Shown in pieces: positions 28,928 to 40,479 of a stretch of 64,000 nucleotides of DNA; position 1 is the stretch's first letter, and the number at the start of each line of letters is the position of its first letter. Origin of the DNA: Hormiphora californensis (Eukaryota > Animalia > Ctenophora); the NCBI GenBank assembly GCA_020137815.1, contig CM035350.1, forward strand, positions 7,874,001 through 7,938,000. The letters run 5' to 3'. A model generated the notes under the pieces. That model did no database searches and was not told the DNA's origin. It saw only the letters and a list, made by a program, of their open reading frames with translations. The translations under genes and the position numbers were made by a program.

Positions 28928-30458
28928 TCAATCATCGTAATCTAAAGACCAATCTACATCAGATTCAACATCTGTGTCCGTACTAAATCGAGCATTTTCC
29001 TGAAGAGGCTCATTTTTAGTTTCATGTTGAATTTGTCCAAACAATATGGCACAAATAAGAAAGACCATTCCTCCGACTGAGAAAAACTCAAACTCATTTC
29101 CAGTAATCCCGTATACAATTATGTAGGGAGATAAGAGGGTGATTGCATGTCCGGAAGAGAATATGAACCCAGTTGCAAGTGCCGGACTGATGTTGGGTAT
29201 ATCTCTTGAATGAACAGGGACACGATAGACATTGATCCGTGATTTAGCGCCAGACCCATCGATATCTTCATGATGAGCATTTCCTTACCATCGCACCACA
29301 GACAGGAGAGAAGGGCTGCAGCAGTAGCAATATAGAGGGTAATCACTGCTGGCTTTCTTCCAACTATCTGGGCCAGGGAGAGACCTGCTACAGTGATTGC
29401 TATACCAAAGATGTAAGCCTTCGTCAAGGAGAAGAGGTTGCTGTCAGAGAGCCCCTTGCAATCATCAATTTCATCCTCTATCGTGGCGTTTTCAGCCGCA
29501 CAATAGGACCCCTGTGGAAAGAGATGGTATTAGTTTCCCTCAGACAAAGTTAGTTCTAAAACATTGAAAAAAGCCTCCCATATATGTATATATTCACCTT
29601 GATTATGAAGGGTATTGCAATGTGAATTGTGGAAGATATCAGATTCTTCAGCAGGAAAACAGCCAGTACAATTAGAGTTGTCTTCTCGAATTCCGGTGTA
29701 AACAACTGCCCAATCTGACCCCTGTTGACGCCCCGTTTGTGTCGAATGAGAGAGGAGACATCCTCCTTTCCATTCCTCATGTATATCTCCCTCAACAGCC
29801 CACACCCTCCTCTGTCCTCCCTGACACCAGGAGGTATCGTGGTGACTCCTCCAAGAAGATGTAGATTATGAGAGGGGTAATACATGGGACTATCATCCAA
29901 AACAGCAACATTCTCCAACTGATGTGTTCATGATCCAAATGGCTGTCATTGCGGCACACGTCGCACCAATCTGACCTGACACCATTAGAGCCATCTTGAC
30001 AAGGAAACGGTACCGACGGGGGGTTATTTCCAGAATCATACACAATGAACTGGGTTTGATAAAGGTAAAGAAGAATAGACATGCTCCCCTACTGATTAGA
30101 AACAGTGTAAAACTGGTTTGGAAAGTAGCCAGAAACCCACTAATAATCATGAAGAGCAGTCCATAAAGGATAACCTTGCGGCGCCCATACTTATCGGATA
30201 TCACTCTCCCGCTAGACCCCCGACAATAAAACTGGTGGATCCCACCATGAGCATGGTCAGAATTTCCTTGTTGCCAAGCGACCACTCACACTGGACACTT
30301 GGCAGGGTCAGTCCGATAGTCATGATTATCTGGACTTCTGTGAAAGACACAACACACGCAGCTAGAAGGTATAGGATCTGGACCCGGCCAAATCCCGCCA
30401 TCTCAATAGCACTGTCCACTGTTATGTACTGCCGCTTCCGCAGTAGCTGTCTGTCCAT
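28928..30458 (-). pseudogene. SV2/SVOP-like MFS transporter with at least 4 frameshifts (pseudogene or indel errors)
   Basis: GFGRVQ, SDKYGRR (motif A), EITPRRYR, EESPRYL and EIYPTSVR are spread over different frames (track ORFs starting at 30458, 30285, 30082, 29918, 29427). One short intron lies at ~29514-29598. Confidence 0.75.
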
Positions 30459-31712
30459 GATAGCTCTTGTAAGGATATTGGATAATTGTTAGGACTGGTT
30501 GAACTGATCATGACATGATCAGTTATCTAAATCAACTCAATATAATACATTGTATACATAATTAAATCATGACTATAATACATTGTATTATATTGATTTG
30601 ATTTAGATAACTGTAATTTTATTATCTCCTATCAAAGGAAGGAAGAAGATATAATTAGGTGGCAGGTAATTGGGTGTACAAAAAACAACAACACACAATA
30701 AGCCAGTGTAATACAGCTAGTCTTTACACACATTGGATATCCATACCAACACGTTAGCAAATGAACAAGAGGCATGCCCCGTAGTATCAATATCCCGTTT
30801 TAGATGATGTCCAAACCGCTGTTACAGGTACAATGATATATGATCATATATCATGCCGTATATTGAAAATTGGAATAAGAAGAAAAATCTCACTTCCATT
30901 TAATTTCATGTTTTACTTCATGGATTTCCCAAGACCTTTATCATAACATATGTCTGATTCTAACAAAACATATCAGTGCCTGTTGTTTTTTCCGCAATTG
31001 CATGCAATCGTTCAAAATATTCATCAGCATCATCATAAGTAATACATAATATAATATAAAGATTGAGCTATAAGGTGGAGCTATAGCAGGAGAGAATAAG
31101 CAAACCACATGAGATGACAACTATAACAATGTACCTCAAGACTCACACGGGGCTCCTATATACACACACTCACCCCCCCCCCCTACATCCGGGTTTTTCT
31201 ATGACTAGCATAAATTAAAAAGTGTATATATTTTAGGGTATGTTAAAACTTAAATATTGTGATATGATGACCCAGTGTCTTTTTATGTTGCCTTACTTGA
31301 CCCTATTTCCCCGCGCCCCACACAAAAAATGAAAAGGGTTAAGATGGGTTTGTAGAATTAAATAGATAGTTAGATACAATTCTCATGTAACAGACCATCT
31401 AGTGTTTCTCTCTCTCTCTCTCTCCTCCTCATCCTCCCCTCCTCGCCTCTCACCTCTTCTCTCATCTCTCCTCTCTCTCTCTCTCTCTCATTCTCTTCTC
31501 TCTCCTCTCTTCTCCTCCGCCTTTCCTCTCCTCTCTCTCTCTCTCTCTCTCCCCCTCTCTCTCTTGTGTCCACTTTCTTTTATTCTATTTGTGTTCTACA
31601 TATGTGTGTGACCGTGCAGTACCCTATACACCAGACGAAACCCTACTTCTACTATCCCCCCTTATCAGTTGCTATTTCCAATTCTCACCCCTGTCAACCC
31701 CTCCCCCAAGGG

Positions 31713-32987
31713 ATGTCACTTCTCCTCGATGTACTGTACCTCTTGTTGTTGGTGGGAGGCACCTTGGCCCAGAGCGAGGATCCCTTTGCAGAGTTTGATA
31801 CCGACGAGGCTGTTCTCGTGGAGCAGGATGACTATGACATCATTGAGGTGGGTGTAAAACTGGTGGTTAATTTATTTGTAACATGTGGGTGTAAAACTGG
31901 TGGTTTAGTTTAGTTTGTAATTCTCCTTCATTACGTACATAAAGTTTATGTTTACTAAGATAAAAACATGCTCGTTTATATGAGGCCTTTAATTTTAGGA
32001 TGTCATGATATTTGTATGAACGTGCGTGTCGTATATCACATATTAAGCTTGGAGTTTATCTCCCCTTCGTTAATCTCACTCCATCCCTATTCCAGTCGGA
32101 AGTAGTAGAAGAGCCGCCCCCTGTGACGTCAGACCAACAAATGATTGACGATGACGTTGACACGGGTGATGACGTCACGATAGAGGACGAGGATTTTGAG
32201 GGTGTGGAAACGAACGAGAAACCCGCACCGGGGGGAGGGAATAAAGAACTTAACATTATCAAGGGCCCGATTAATATGAAGGGGCAATGGGAGGACTATT
32301 ATCTCGAGATAATTGGACTAATTGGGGTGTTTGTTTATGCACTTAACTTCTATACCGGTAAAGCTATCAATAACCGGTTGGCTAATGCCTGGTTCGATCA
32401 CCACAAGAAGTTATTGAGCGAGGCGTTCTGTATTGTGGGGGATGATGGTGTCAGTAAGGAAGTTAGCGATGGTATCTTGGTGAAGGAGAGTGAGAACAAG
32501 TTTGTGGTGTGGTGTACAGGTCGGATGGGCTGTGAGGGGATCAAGATCGAGATCAAATTGCTACGTCGACAGGATCTCATCTCTCTGATTTCCCAGTTGT
32601 TCAAACCTCAGTCTGATACAATAACCATCACAACGTACATGGCACCGGATGATATGGACAGTATTGTACTGGCGATAATGCCCAAGAAGGGCCTCAAACG
32701 GCTCCAGCAGGAAGTACAGGACCTGGCCCATTTTGCCACCGAGAGGAAGATAGAGAGTTATGATCTGCCGAGTACACTGGGTATCCTGGTGGAGTTTACC
32801 GAGGTCGCTAACGATTTACTGACTACCCCCGTCTGCAGGACCATCACCGAGAATATTGATGTGTTCGATTCCATTCATTTCTCCGATTACTACACTGGTT
32901 TCAAGATCTCGCAAGAGGGCCAGGTGGAAACGGACCGACCTAAACCCATGAAACGGCTCATCTTCAACTTTGTTATTCCCGGACATG
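31713..32987 (+). CDS. CCDC47: CCDC47 (PAT complex subunit), exons 31713-31847 and 32096-32987; 3' part not seen (gap)
   Basis: Signal peptide, acidic DPFAEFD region, TM (YYLEIIGLIGVFVYALNFYTGK), then N..LA.AWF, IVGDDG, WCTGR..C, L.RRQDL, IHFSD. Confidence 0.9.
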
Positions 32988-33516
32988 GTAAGCCATTATT
33001 TAGCAGCTTATTGCCCCAGATTATCGTCATATGCAGCGTGACAAATTGTACTGTCACTTTCCTAACTCATTCTGCCTCCTCTGAACCGATCATTAGTTCC
33101 CACTGTTGTCTTCCCTCTCTCTCTCTCTCTCTCCCTCCCTCTCTATCTCACTTTCTATCTCTCTCACTTTAATAACTGCAATTGTTCCAGTCGTGTCTAT
33201 AATATGAGTAAAAATAATGCCCCCCCCCCCCCATTATAATACTTCTCATAGGACACATTAGTTGTAACACTGTTGCCAACAATCATGAGAGAGTATATAT
33301 AGAAGAGGAGAGAGAGAGAGAGAGACGAGCCCCAGAGACAGCAATGAGAGAGATAGAGATGGAGACTATTAGAGGAGAGAGAGAGAGGAAAATGTCAGCT
33401 ATTCTCATATATTAGATCGGAGCTATTTACGTGCAGTACAGTAAACTCTTCCTATATCGTTTCCGCAGCTCCGAATCACTCTTCCGCATCTCTCTCTAGC
33501 TCTCTCTCTCTCTCTG

Positions 33517-33550
<34 letters not shown>

Positions 33551-34582
33551 NNNNNNNNNNNNNNNNNNNNNNNNNNNNNNNNNNNNNNNNNNNNNNNNNN
33601 NNNNNNNNNNNNNNNNNNNNNNNNNNNNNNNNNNNNNNNNNNNNNNNNNNTATGGAAAATTTTTCAAAATTTGCCCACCTTAAAGTTTTACCCCAATCAA
33701 CATAATTGGTTAAAAATAAATTTGGTTTCGAACCAAACTAAGAACATTCTTTTAAAAAATTCCTTTGGGTATTCGAAAGTTTTTCACTAAAGAACCCGGC
33801 ATATTTGAATTATAGCTTTTTCTAATTTTTTTATGACCCGAGTAAACTTTTTTTTTGGAGGCCCATTTCTCAGTGACAAAACAAAGATTGGATGTTTTAT
33901 TACATCTTGAACGATATGTAATCGTCCAATGAACAAGCTTGATGCAAAAAAACATCACGCCGGTACCATTTTTAAGAGATACAGCAACTTTAGTACTAAA
34001 ACTCGTAAATCGCGATTTTCCAAAGCGGCAACAGGAGTGGCGTAGAGAAAATAGCCTACTGGGAACCGAGAACAGCCATTATTATATACCGATATCAGAC
34101 ATGACATTCCGATCCAAAATCGCATGAGAAAAACGGTGGTGATGTCCATTTTGCTCTATCTCAAACCATTTTCCCATAAAAGCCAAACGAAAATATTTAC
34201 TGGACAGCCTAATATTTTCTCTTACTTTCTTTTTCGGTAGGCAACTACTTTCACCTTCATTTTCATTTTCAGCCTGCTCAACCTTTCACTTTCATTATGA
34301 TAGAAGTCGTTGGGACGAATGGCAGGGTGTTAGGCCACCTGCTGCTGGCACGGTAGAGAATTTGAGAGACCCCGTGAGGGCGAAATAGGGAGAGAGACTA
34401 GAGAGATATGAGAGAGAAAGTGGGGGAGAGAGAGAAACGGTCCTCTCACTTTCGTTTCAGCTCAACTCCCAAGGATCATTATAACAGCTAATGTTGGGAC
34501 GAATAGCAAGGCGATGAGCCACCTGCTACTGGTTGTGGTAGAGAATATAGGAGAAGGGATCCCATCCCTAGGGAGAAAGGGA

Positions 34583-34729
<147 letters not shown>

Positions 34730-35234
34730 GGAGAGGGAAAGATATAGGGAGAGAGAGAGAAGGAGTGAGAGAGAAAGAGAGTAGAAAGCGAGAAAGGAGA
34801 AAAATAACATGAGAGCCTTTTGTTAGAAAACTCAACAAACACCACTGAGTCAGCAGGTAAACACCACACAACATTTCGCACATGCAGTAATCAGTATTCA
34901 CCCATCAATCCCCTTGCCTACCAACCATAACAACTACTCAATTTGCACGTGAAAATTCTGGAAGCCATTTAATATAGTTAGATGATTTATGTTCTAAATA
35001 TAATATGAATTTCCCTGCCGTGTGAAGCTCTGAAGAAACCATGGCTAGATTATCTGTGTCAGAAAATTTCACGCCACACATTTCCTGAAAATGCGTCAAT
35101 AAAGTGTTTTATGAAGGAGCAGCTCGTTACTGTGTCCACGGCTCTTTAGTTGCTACCCCGTTGCCCCTCACAACAAAATGGGACATTTTCGGTCCCTCGA
35201 TCTACCGATTAGTTAGTGTTTAGTTAGTGACTAG

Positions 35235-35394
35235 TGAAATGAATGAAGTATTGAATGGATGAGTATAATGTTTTGGAGTCGAGTAGGTACTAAGATGACA
35301 ACAGCTAGATTCACCAAACAAGAAGTGTCTTATCTATAAAACATTGCTCACGCATTGCACATGACATAATATAAAATATAACCTATACATCACA
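35235..35394 (-). repeat. 3' LTR (160 bp)
   Basis: Base-for-base identical to 46577-46736 by visual comparison. Confidence 0.95.
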
Positions 35395-35396
35395 TA

Positions 35397-35405
35397 TCCT
35401 TCCCT
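35397..35405 (-). other. Polypurine tract
   Basis: AGGGAAGGA, 2 nt upstream of the 3' LTR on the minus strand. Confidence 0.8.
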
Positions 35406-35583
35406 AAAAAATCAAAAAATACAGAAATATATATATATAATATGAGTGTCCATGTATCAAAACAATCGCATCTTGATAAAACATAAATCAATAAACTTAA
35501 AATATCTTTAACTAATTAATAATTATAACACTATTTAGAAATCCTGTAAATCATATACCGGTATCTTATTCTAACTTTATAAT

Positions 35584-37185
35584 TTATATTTTCCCGGTTT
35601 CTCTGAGATGGAAAATATAATAAGAACTTGATAGAACTTGATTAAACCATACTGAAATTTCCGCTTGACTCTGCGGTGCCCTATTAGAACTCTTTAGGTT
35701 ACTCTTTATATAATCAATGGCCTCTATGAAGAAATCAAATCGCCTGAAAATAAACAACTTTAATTCTTCCTTTAGAACATCCACAGGTTTGGATCTGTGG
35801 GATGTATGCTGCTTTAAAATTGACACTGGAACAAACAATTTAGGGCCACGTCCGAAAGACCTTTTCGTGATGTTGGCCAGAATCTGTACTCTATCTAATA
35901 CTACCAGTAAATCTGAAAAACACTGTATGGGGGCCGATAGCTCGGAGTGGAGGGTGCCCCACCAATCCTCTGTAATGTTATCTAGAAACTCCTTTATAGA
36001 ATCCAACTCCAAATTCGCACTGTAACTGGGTCCCCACTCTTTAGGCCGCAGAGAGTGAACCTCTGGGTCGATCTGTACTTCACTCATAACCTGTAAAATA
36101 GAAGCGTGAGTAGCTCTTCTTTTATCCCCTGTATTTGACAACTTTAAACCATCTAATTTATCTTTAAGGACCTTTAATGTTCTCTCCACCTGCTCTTGGG
36201 AGTTAAATTTAGAAAACCTGTAACCATTGATCTGAGATCGCCCTGCATTGGTGATCCTATTTCTAGCATCAACCCCCGGGTATGGCTCAACTCTAGACGA
36301 CCTGGAAGACACTACAGAGTAGGTCACGTTAGTAGCCGACACGTTAGACGCGGCGGCTGACGCAAATGTAGAACCCCCAAAATGGGCAGGGGTGTTAGCC
36401 TGTAATGGAACGTCAGTATCCCCGGAAATCTTCCGGTCCTGTAGATTAGCTGGGGGTCGCTTCCCCAAGATACCCTGTAAAAACTCTATCTTCTCTGTAA
36501 TCTCCTCTCTTTCGAGAAGGAGGGCCGCTAAATTCTCTTTAGCCTCCTTCTTCTCGTCGGAGGTCATATCCGGTAACTCAGGGTGCCTGAGGGGAGGGAA
36601 TTCCGGTAACTTTACTTTATTCTTTATGTTAGCCTTTACCGCCTCGATGTACTTGGCGGGTACTTCATACTTACGAACTGGACAAATACGGTCCAGCTCC
36701 CTGTAATCCCCGACTAAGAAGTCAGGTTCGCAGACTTTAACAAACTCTACCTGTATTTTACACACCTCTAGAGACCATCTGGCCATTTTCCATGTAAATG
36801 GCTTCTCTGAACTGTAACATCCTGTAAGAAAATTCTGTATATTGGACAGTCTGTCCCTAGTGGAACTGCCACTAGTCAGACTGTACCGCTGTAGTGCGAA
36901 GTCGGCCTGGACCTTGTCACGGTCCGACATCGCACTCCACCCTACCTGTAGACACCTAGCCACTGGGGCTAGTTTTGATGGAACTGTAAATTTGTCACCT
37001 GTATCAGAGGCAACACTGCCGTCTGTAACTACTCCTGTACCGGCCGAAGCCCAACTATCCTTATCTGTATCGTCCTTACCTGTAGTGGTGGCTCCTGCCA
37101 CCGATACTTCACCTGTAGCCCCTAACCGCTCCATCTCCTCGTCCACGTTCCAGTCCAGTGCATCCGGTGGCTGGTTGCTGTCCAT
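35584..37185 (-). CDS. Orphan accessory ORF4 of the provirus, 533 aa
   Basis: Intact ATG-to-stop ORF between env and the PPT, on the same strand; no recognisable family, signal peptide or TM. Confidence 0.8.
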   Translation of the reverse strand: MDSNQPPDALDWNVDEEMERLGATGEVSVAGATTTGKDDTDKDSWASAGTGVVTDGSVASDTGDKFTVPSKLAPVARCLQVGWSAMSDRDKVQADFALQRYSLTSGSSTRDRLSNIQNFLTGCYSSEKPFTWKMARWSLEVCKIQVEFVKVCEPDFLVGDYRELDRICPVRKYEVPAKYIEAVKANIKNKVKLPEFPPLRHPELPDMTSDEKKEAKENLAALLLEREEITEKIEFLQGILGKRPPANLQDRKISGDTDVPLQANTPAHFGGSTFASAAASNVSATNVTYSVVSSRSSRVEPYPGVDARNRITNAGRSQINGYRFSKFNSQEQVERTLKVLKDKLDGLKLSNTGDKRRATHASILQVMSEVQIDPEVHSLRPKEWGPSYSANLELDSIKEFLDNITEDWWGTLHSELSAPIQCFSDLLVVLDRVQILANITKRSFGRGPKLFVPVSILKQHTSHRSKPVDVLKEELKLFIFRRFDFFIEAIDYIKSNLKSSNRAPQSQAEISVWFNQVLSSSYYIFHLRETGKI

Positions 37186-37246
37186 CCGCGACTGCCGTAG
37201 TAAATTCCTAAAAAAGTCTACAAGGGAAGTTGGAGCGTTAATGTAT

Positions 37247-38971
37247 TTATCCTGTAGTCGAATTTACGGAATCTAGATCTGTATCTGTTCCTTTATCTAC
37301 AACCATGTTATAATCGACTATGTATTGCTTTAATCTATATCTAATAAATACTATTACTCCTATAATGCCACCAATATAAAGCAGTATAATTATTCCTATA
37401 GCTATACTTAAACCTATATTGAAATGGTCTTTATATTTATTGTTAAACAACGGAATAAAAGCACTGGAAAGGGTGGTATTATACTTTAAGCTTAACTCAT
37501 TAATATGCTGTATAACTTCGTCTGCTGTATACCTAAAATGCAATCTAGACAAAGTTAAATTGTAAGAAGCCAAGACAATGGGCTCACTCGTTACTGATCT
37601 AGATAATATTTGTACTCCGCACACAATTAAACTCGAAAAATCTTCCCATTTAACAAAAGAAGATTTCGTTGTGGGGAGAGATGGGTGAATAACGTTAAGT
37701 TCATCCTGTACTACGTAACTAGAGCTATCTAGATCTCTGAATAAAATACCAGTAGAAATAATGCTGTAAGTGCACCTAGGCCTGCACGTCTCTGTAATCA
37801 GCGAGCAACTAAATGTTTTCGACTGTATACACGATGTACTGTTTACTATAGTAAATGATGAGCATACATGCAAAGCGTTATGTTGAGAGCAACTTGATAT
37901 ATCTATATCTATAAACTCATTACCTTTAAGAACTACATATTTAGGGAGGTCAAATCTACCACACTCATTTCCCTTGATCGAAAAACCTACTTGATGCGAC
38001 TTAAATAACGGGAAAATATGCTCAGACTCTTTAATAACTGGTATATGGATAACAAAATGAGCTAAGGAAAAGTCTTCATCTAAACTCAGTAGCGAAATTT
38101 TTGCAATAGAATACATTAAATGTGGCTCTTTATAAAAAATTGATTCTTTAATCTCTGTGTGCTCCTGTACCATTAATTTTAACGTAATAGGATCAATTAA
38201 CTTAGGGGTAAGAACTAAGTCATTCTGGCCTGATAAGGCCGGGAACAAAATATCGTCGATGATCCTAGAACACCTCCAGAACAACGACTCTAAATCCCTA
38301 ATTAAATCGTTAGCATCACTGTAGCATGTTTTAGAATCCATGTATCGTATAAGTATCTCATCTACCGATTTAACGTAAGAAAAGATGTTACTTTGCACTG
38401 TATTTAGCTCTACCTCTTGATTATTAACTACTTCTCGAATCTCGTTAATTACTTTAGAATTATCCTTAATGTGACTCTTTATGCTACTAATTCTATTTGA
38501 ATTAATACCGCTAAACACCAGGCTACCTATGGTGCCTACTCCCAACACAAAATCTGTTAAAGATCTACGATCTCTGTGCCGACTCACTGTATCTACTTTA
38601 TCCTGTATAATATAAGGCGCTAGTGTGCGTTTACGAACAGCTATAAACTCTTCCGCTCTACTAATCCAAGCTAAGGCTGAATAATTCATGGACTGTATAT
38701 CGTGAAAATTATTAGACTCCCTTACTAAGTGCCTAATGCGGGGAAAATTAGAGGGAGGTTTGCACGACAAAGCATCTGTATTAGCTTCAACTTGATGTTT
38801 TAACTTGTGTACTAAATCTGGAAGCTTTATAAAAACTGATATAACTGATTCTTGATTAGATATGGCTACTTTACCAACTTGATCTACTGCTAGTCCTCGC
38901 CCATGATCTAACAAAGTATGACCACAATTAGGCGGGACTAAAATACTTATAAGTAGTAGGGCAATAAGCAT
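37247..38971 (-). CDS. env: Envelope class I fusion glycoprotein (F-type), ~574 aa from ATG 38971
   Basis: Signal peptide MLIALLLISILVPPNCG, furin site RHRDRR, fusion peptide SLTDFVLGVGTIGSLVFSG, heptad repeat, Cys-rich block, sequons NYS/NST/NLT/NTT, C-terminal TM and short tail. Confidence 0.9.
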   Translation of the reverse strand: MLIALLLISILVPPNCGHTLLDHGRGLAVDQVGKVAISNQESVISVFIKLPDLVHKLKHQVEANTDALSCKPPSNFPRIRHLVRESNNFHDIQSMNYSALAWISRAEEFIAVRKRTLAPYIIQDKVDTVSRHRDRRSLTDFVLGVGTIGSLVFSGINSNRISSIKSHIKDNSKVINEIREVVNNQEVELNTVQSNIFSYVKSVDEILIRYMDSKTCYSDANDLIRDLESLFWRCSRIIDDILFPALSGQNDLVLTPKLIDPITLKLMVQEHTEIKESIFYKEPHLMYSIAKISLLSLDEDFSLAHFVIHIPVIKESEHIFPLFKSHQVGFSIKGNECGRFDLPKYVVLKGNEFIDIDISSCSQHNALHVCSSFTIVNSTSCIQSKTFSCSLITETCRPRCTYSIISTGILFRDLDSSSYVVQDELNVIHPSLPTTKSSFVKWEDFSSLIVCGVQILSRSVTSEPIVLASYNLTLSRLHFRYTADEVIQHINELSLKYNTTLSSAFIPLFNNKYKDHFNIGLSIAIGIIILLYIGGIIGVIVFIRYRLKQYIVDYNMVVDKGTDTDLDSVNSTTG

Positions 38972-39566
38972 CAACACACGTTGCAAAGTCTCAGAAGAAG
39001 AGAAAAATGGAAATAAACTAAAATTATCTTGCTGCAACGGAAGGGTTATATGATAAACAGGGTGTGCTCGTGAAACTTACTGCGCTGTTACCACTTATCT
39101 CTTAATCTACAAATTACTGCTCTTGCAGAGCGTGATATAATAAAATTATGCTGCTGCTCAGCACCTCGGCTGAGTCGTTATCGGCTAAATGAAGTTTTAA
39201 CCTAATTAATTAAGTAAAATATACAGTGGGATAAAAGAGAAACTTTAACACTTACTAAAGCTTTGTTAAGAGAGAGCTCAAAAAGTTCCATAAGATAGGA
39301 ATAATTCTAAGATAATCTGTGAGAAAAAATGTTAAAATCTTTCGGTACCTCTGTGCTGAAAGGGGTTCTGTGAAATATGATAAGAAGAGAACTGCGTCAC
39401 CTATCACTGTCAATACCATGTGATTGTTCAGTGACAGGCTGACCAATTATCTCCAAGACCCTATTACAAGCACTAAAATCTTGAGAATAAAACTAAAGAT
39501 TAGAGGTACGTGGAAAAGTGAATTATTTCACTTGAGTGGGAGAAAAAGAAGTTAATTAACAAAAAA

Positions 39567-40479
39567 TTAACTTTTCTTTTTAAGACTAACCTTGCTCTTT
39601 ACTGAAGGTATTGTCTTACTAGGTTTAGACTGCTGTCTCCCGTTATCTGTATCCGCTTGAAGAGTCTTTTCCTTTACCGGATCACTCTTATTGGATCCTG
39701 AAATCTTGGTTGATTTCTTGGTATACGGAATACTTGAACTCTCAAAGTGGCTGGTGGGTTGAGGATTCTTCCTCAAAGTATAAGGACCTTTATTCCTACC
39801 TTTATCTTTAGACGGAAGTAAACTACTCTCTGACTTAGTTCTACTTCTCGTTTTAAGACCTGTATAAGTACTAGTAGACAGGGATGAATCATCCTTCACC
39901 TGATTTGTTGATGCTGGTGTTGGTTTTACCGGTGTACTCGTCTCGGCATCAAAGAATTGATCCGGTGACTCGCTATCATCATCATCATCATCAGTTGGTG
40001 GTTCCTGTAATGGGGTTACTTCACCTTGGTTCTGAGGATCAGTTTCATTCTCTGAAGCTGCAATTAGAGGTGTAGGAGGTGATACTGATTCTCCTGGTTC
40101 CTCTGTTGACTCTGCTTCTGGAATCACCTGAACATCTGTAGTTTCGTCATCCTTATCCTGTATTGGAGAGACCTCTTTATCTGTAGTTAGTGTTAAATCT
40201 ATATTCTCACTCTCTTTAGGGGTTTCATGAGGGGGAGGGGGAGGGGGAGGGGGAGGGGGATGGGGATGGGGATGGGGAGGGGGAGGGGGAGGGGGAGGGG
40301 GAGGGTTAGAGGGGTTAGATTTAGGAGAATTTGGTGGGGAGGGGGATTTTGAAGGATTGGAAGGGGAGGTAACCCTTGATCTGGTGAATGGGGCTGTTGG
40401 AATACTGTCCCATTCAGAATCCGTGTAGTCATCTGTAGTCTCATAACTTGAAGCTCGATACCTTGTTTTCCCTGTATTA
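39567..40479 (-). CDS. C-terminal low-complexity tail of Pol, detached by the MITE insertion
   Basis: Removing 40480-41402 plus one TATTA copy gives a continuous frame ..KIDN-TGKTRYRASSYE..PPPP..DVQVIPEAEST..KKKS*. Confidence 0.85.

Noticed and set aside
39567-40127. 186-aa ORF as an independent fifth viral gene
   Set aside because: It has a GTG start and is in frame with pol once the MITE is removed.
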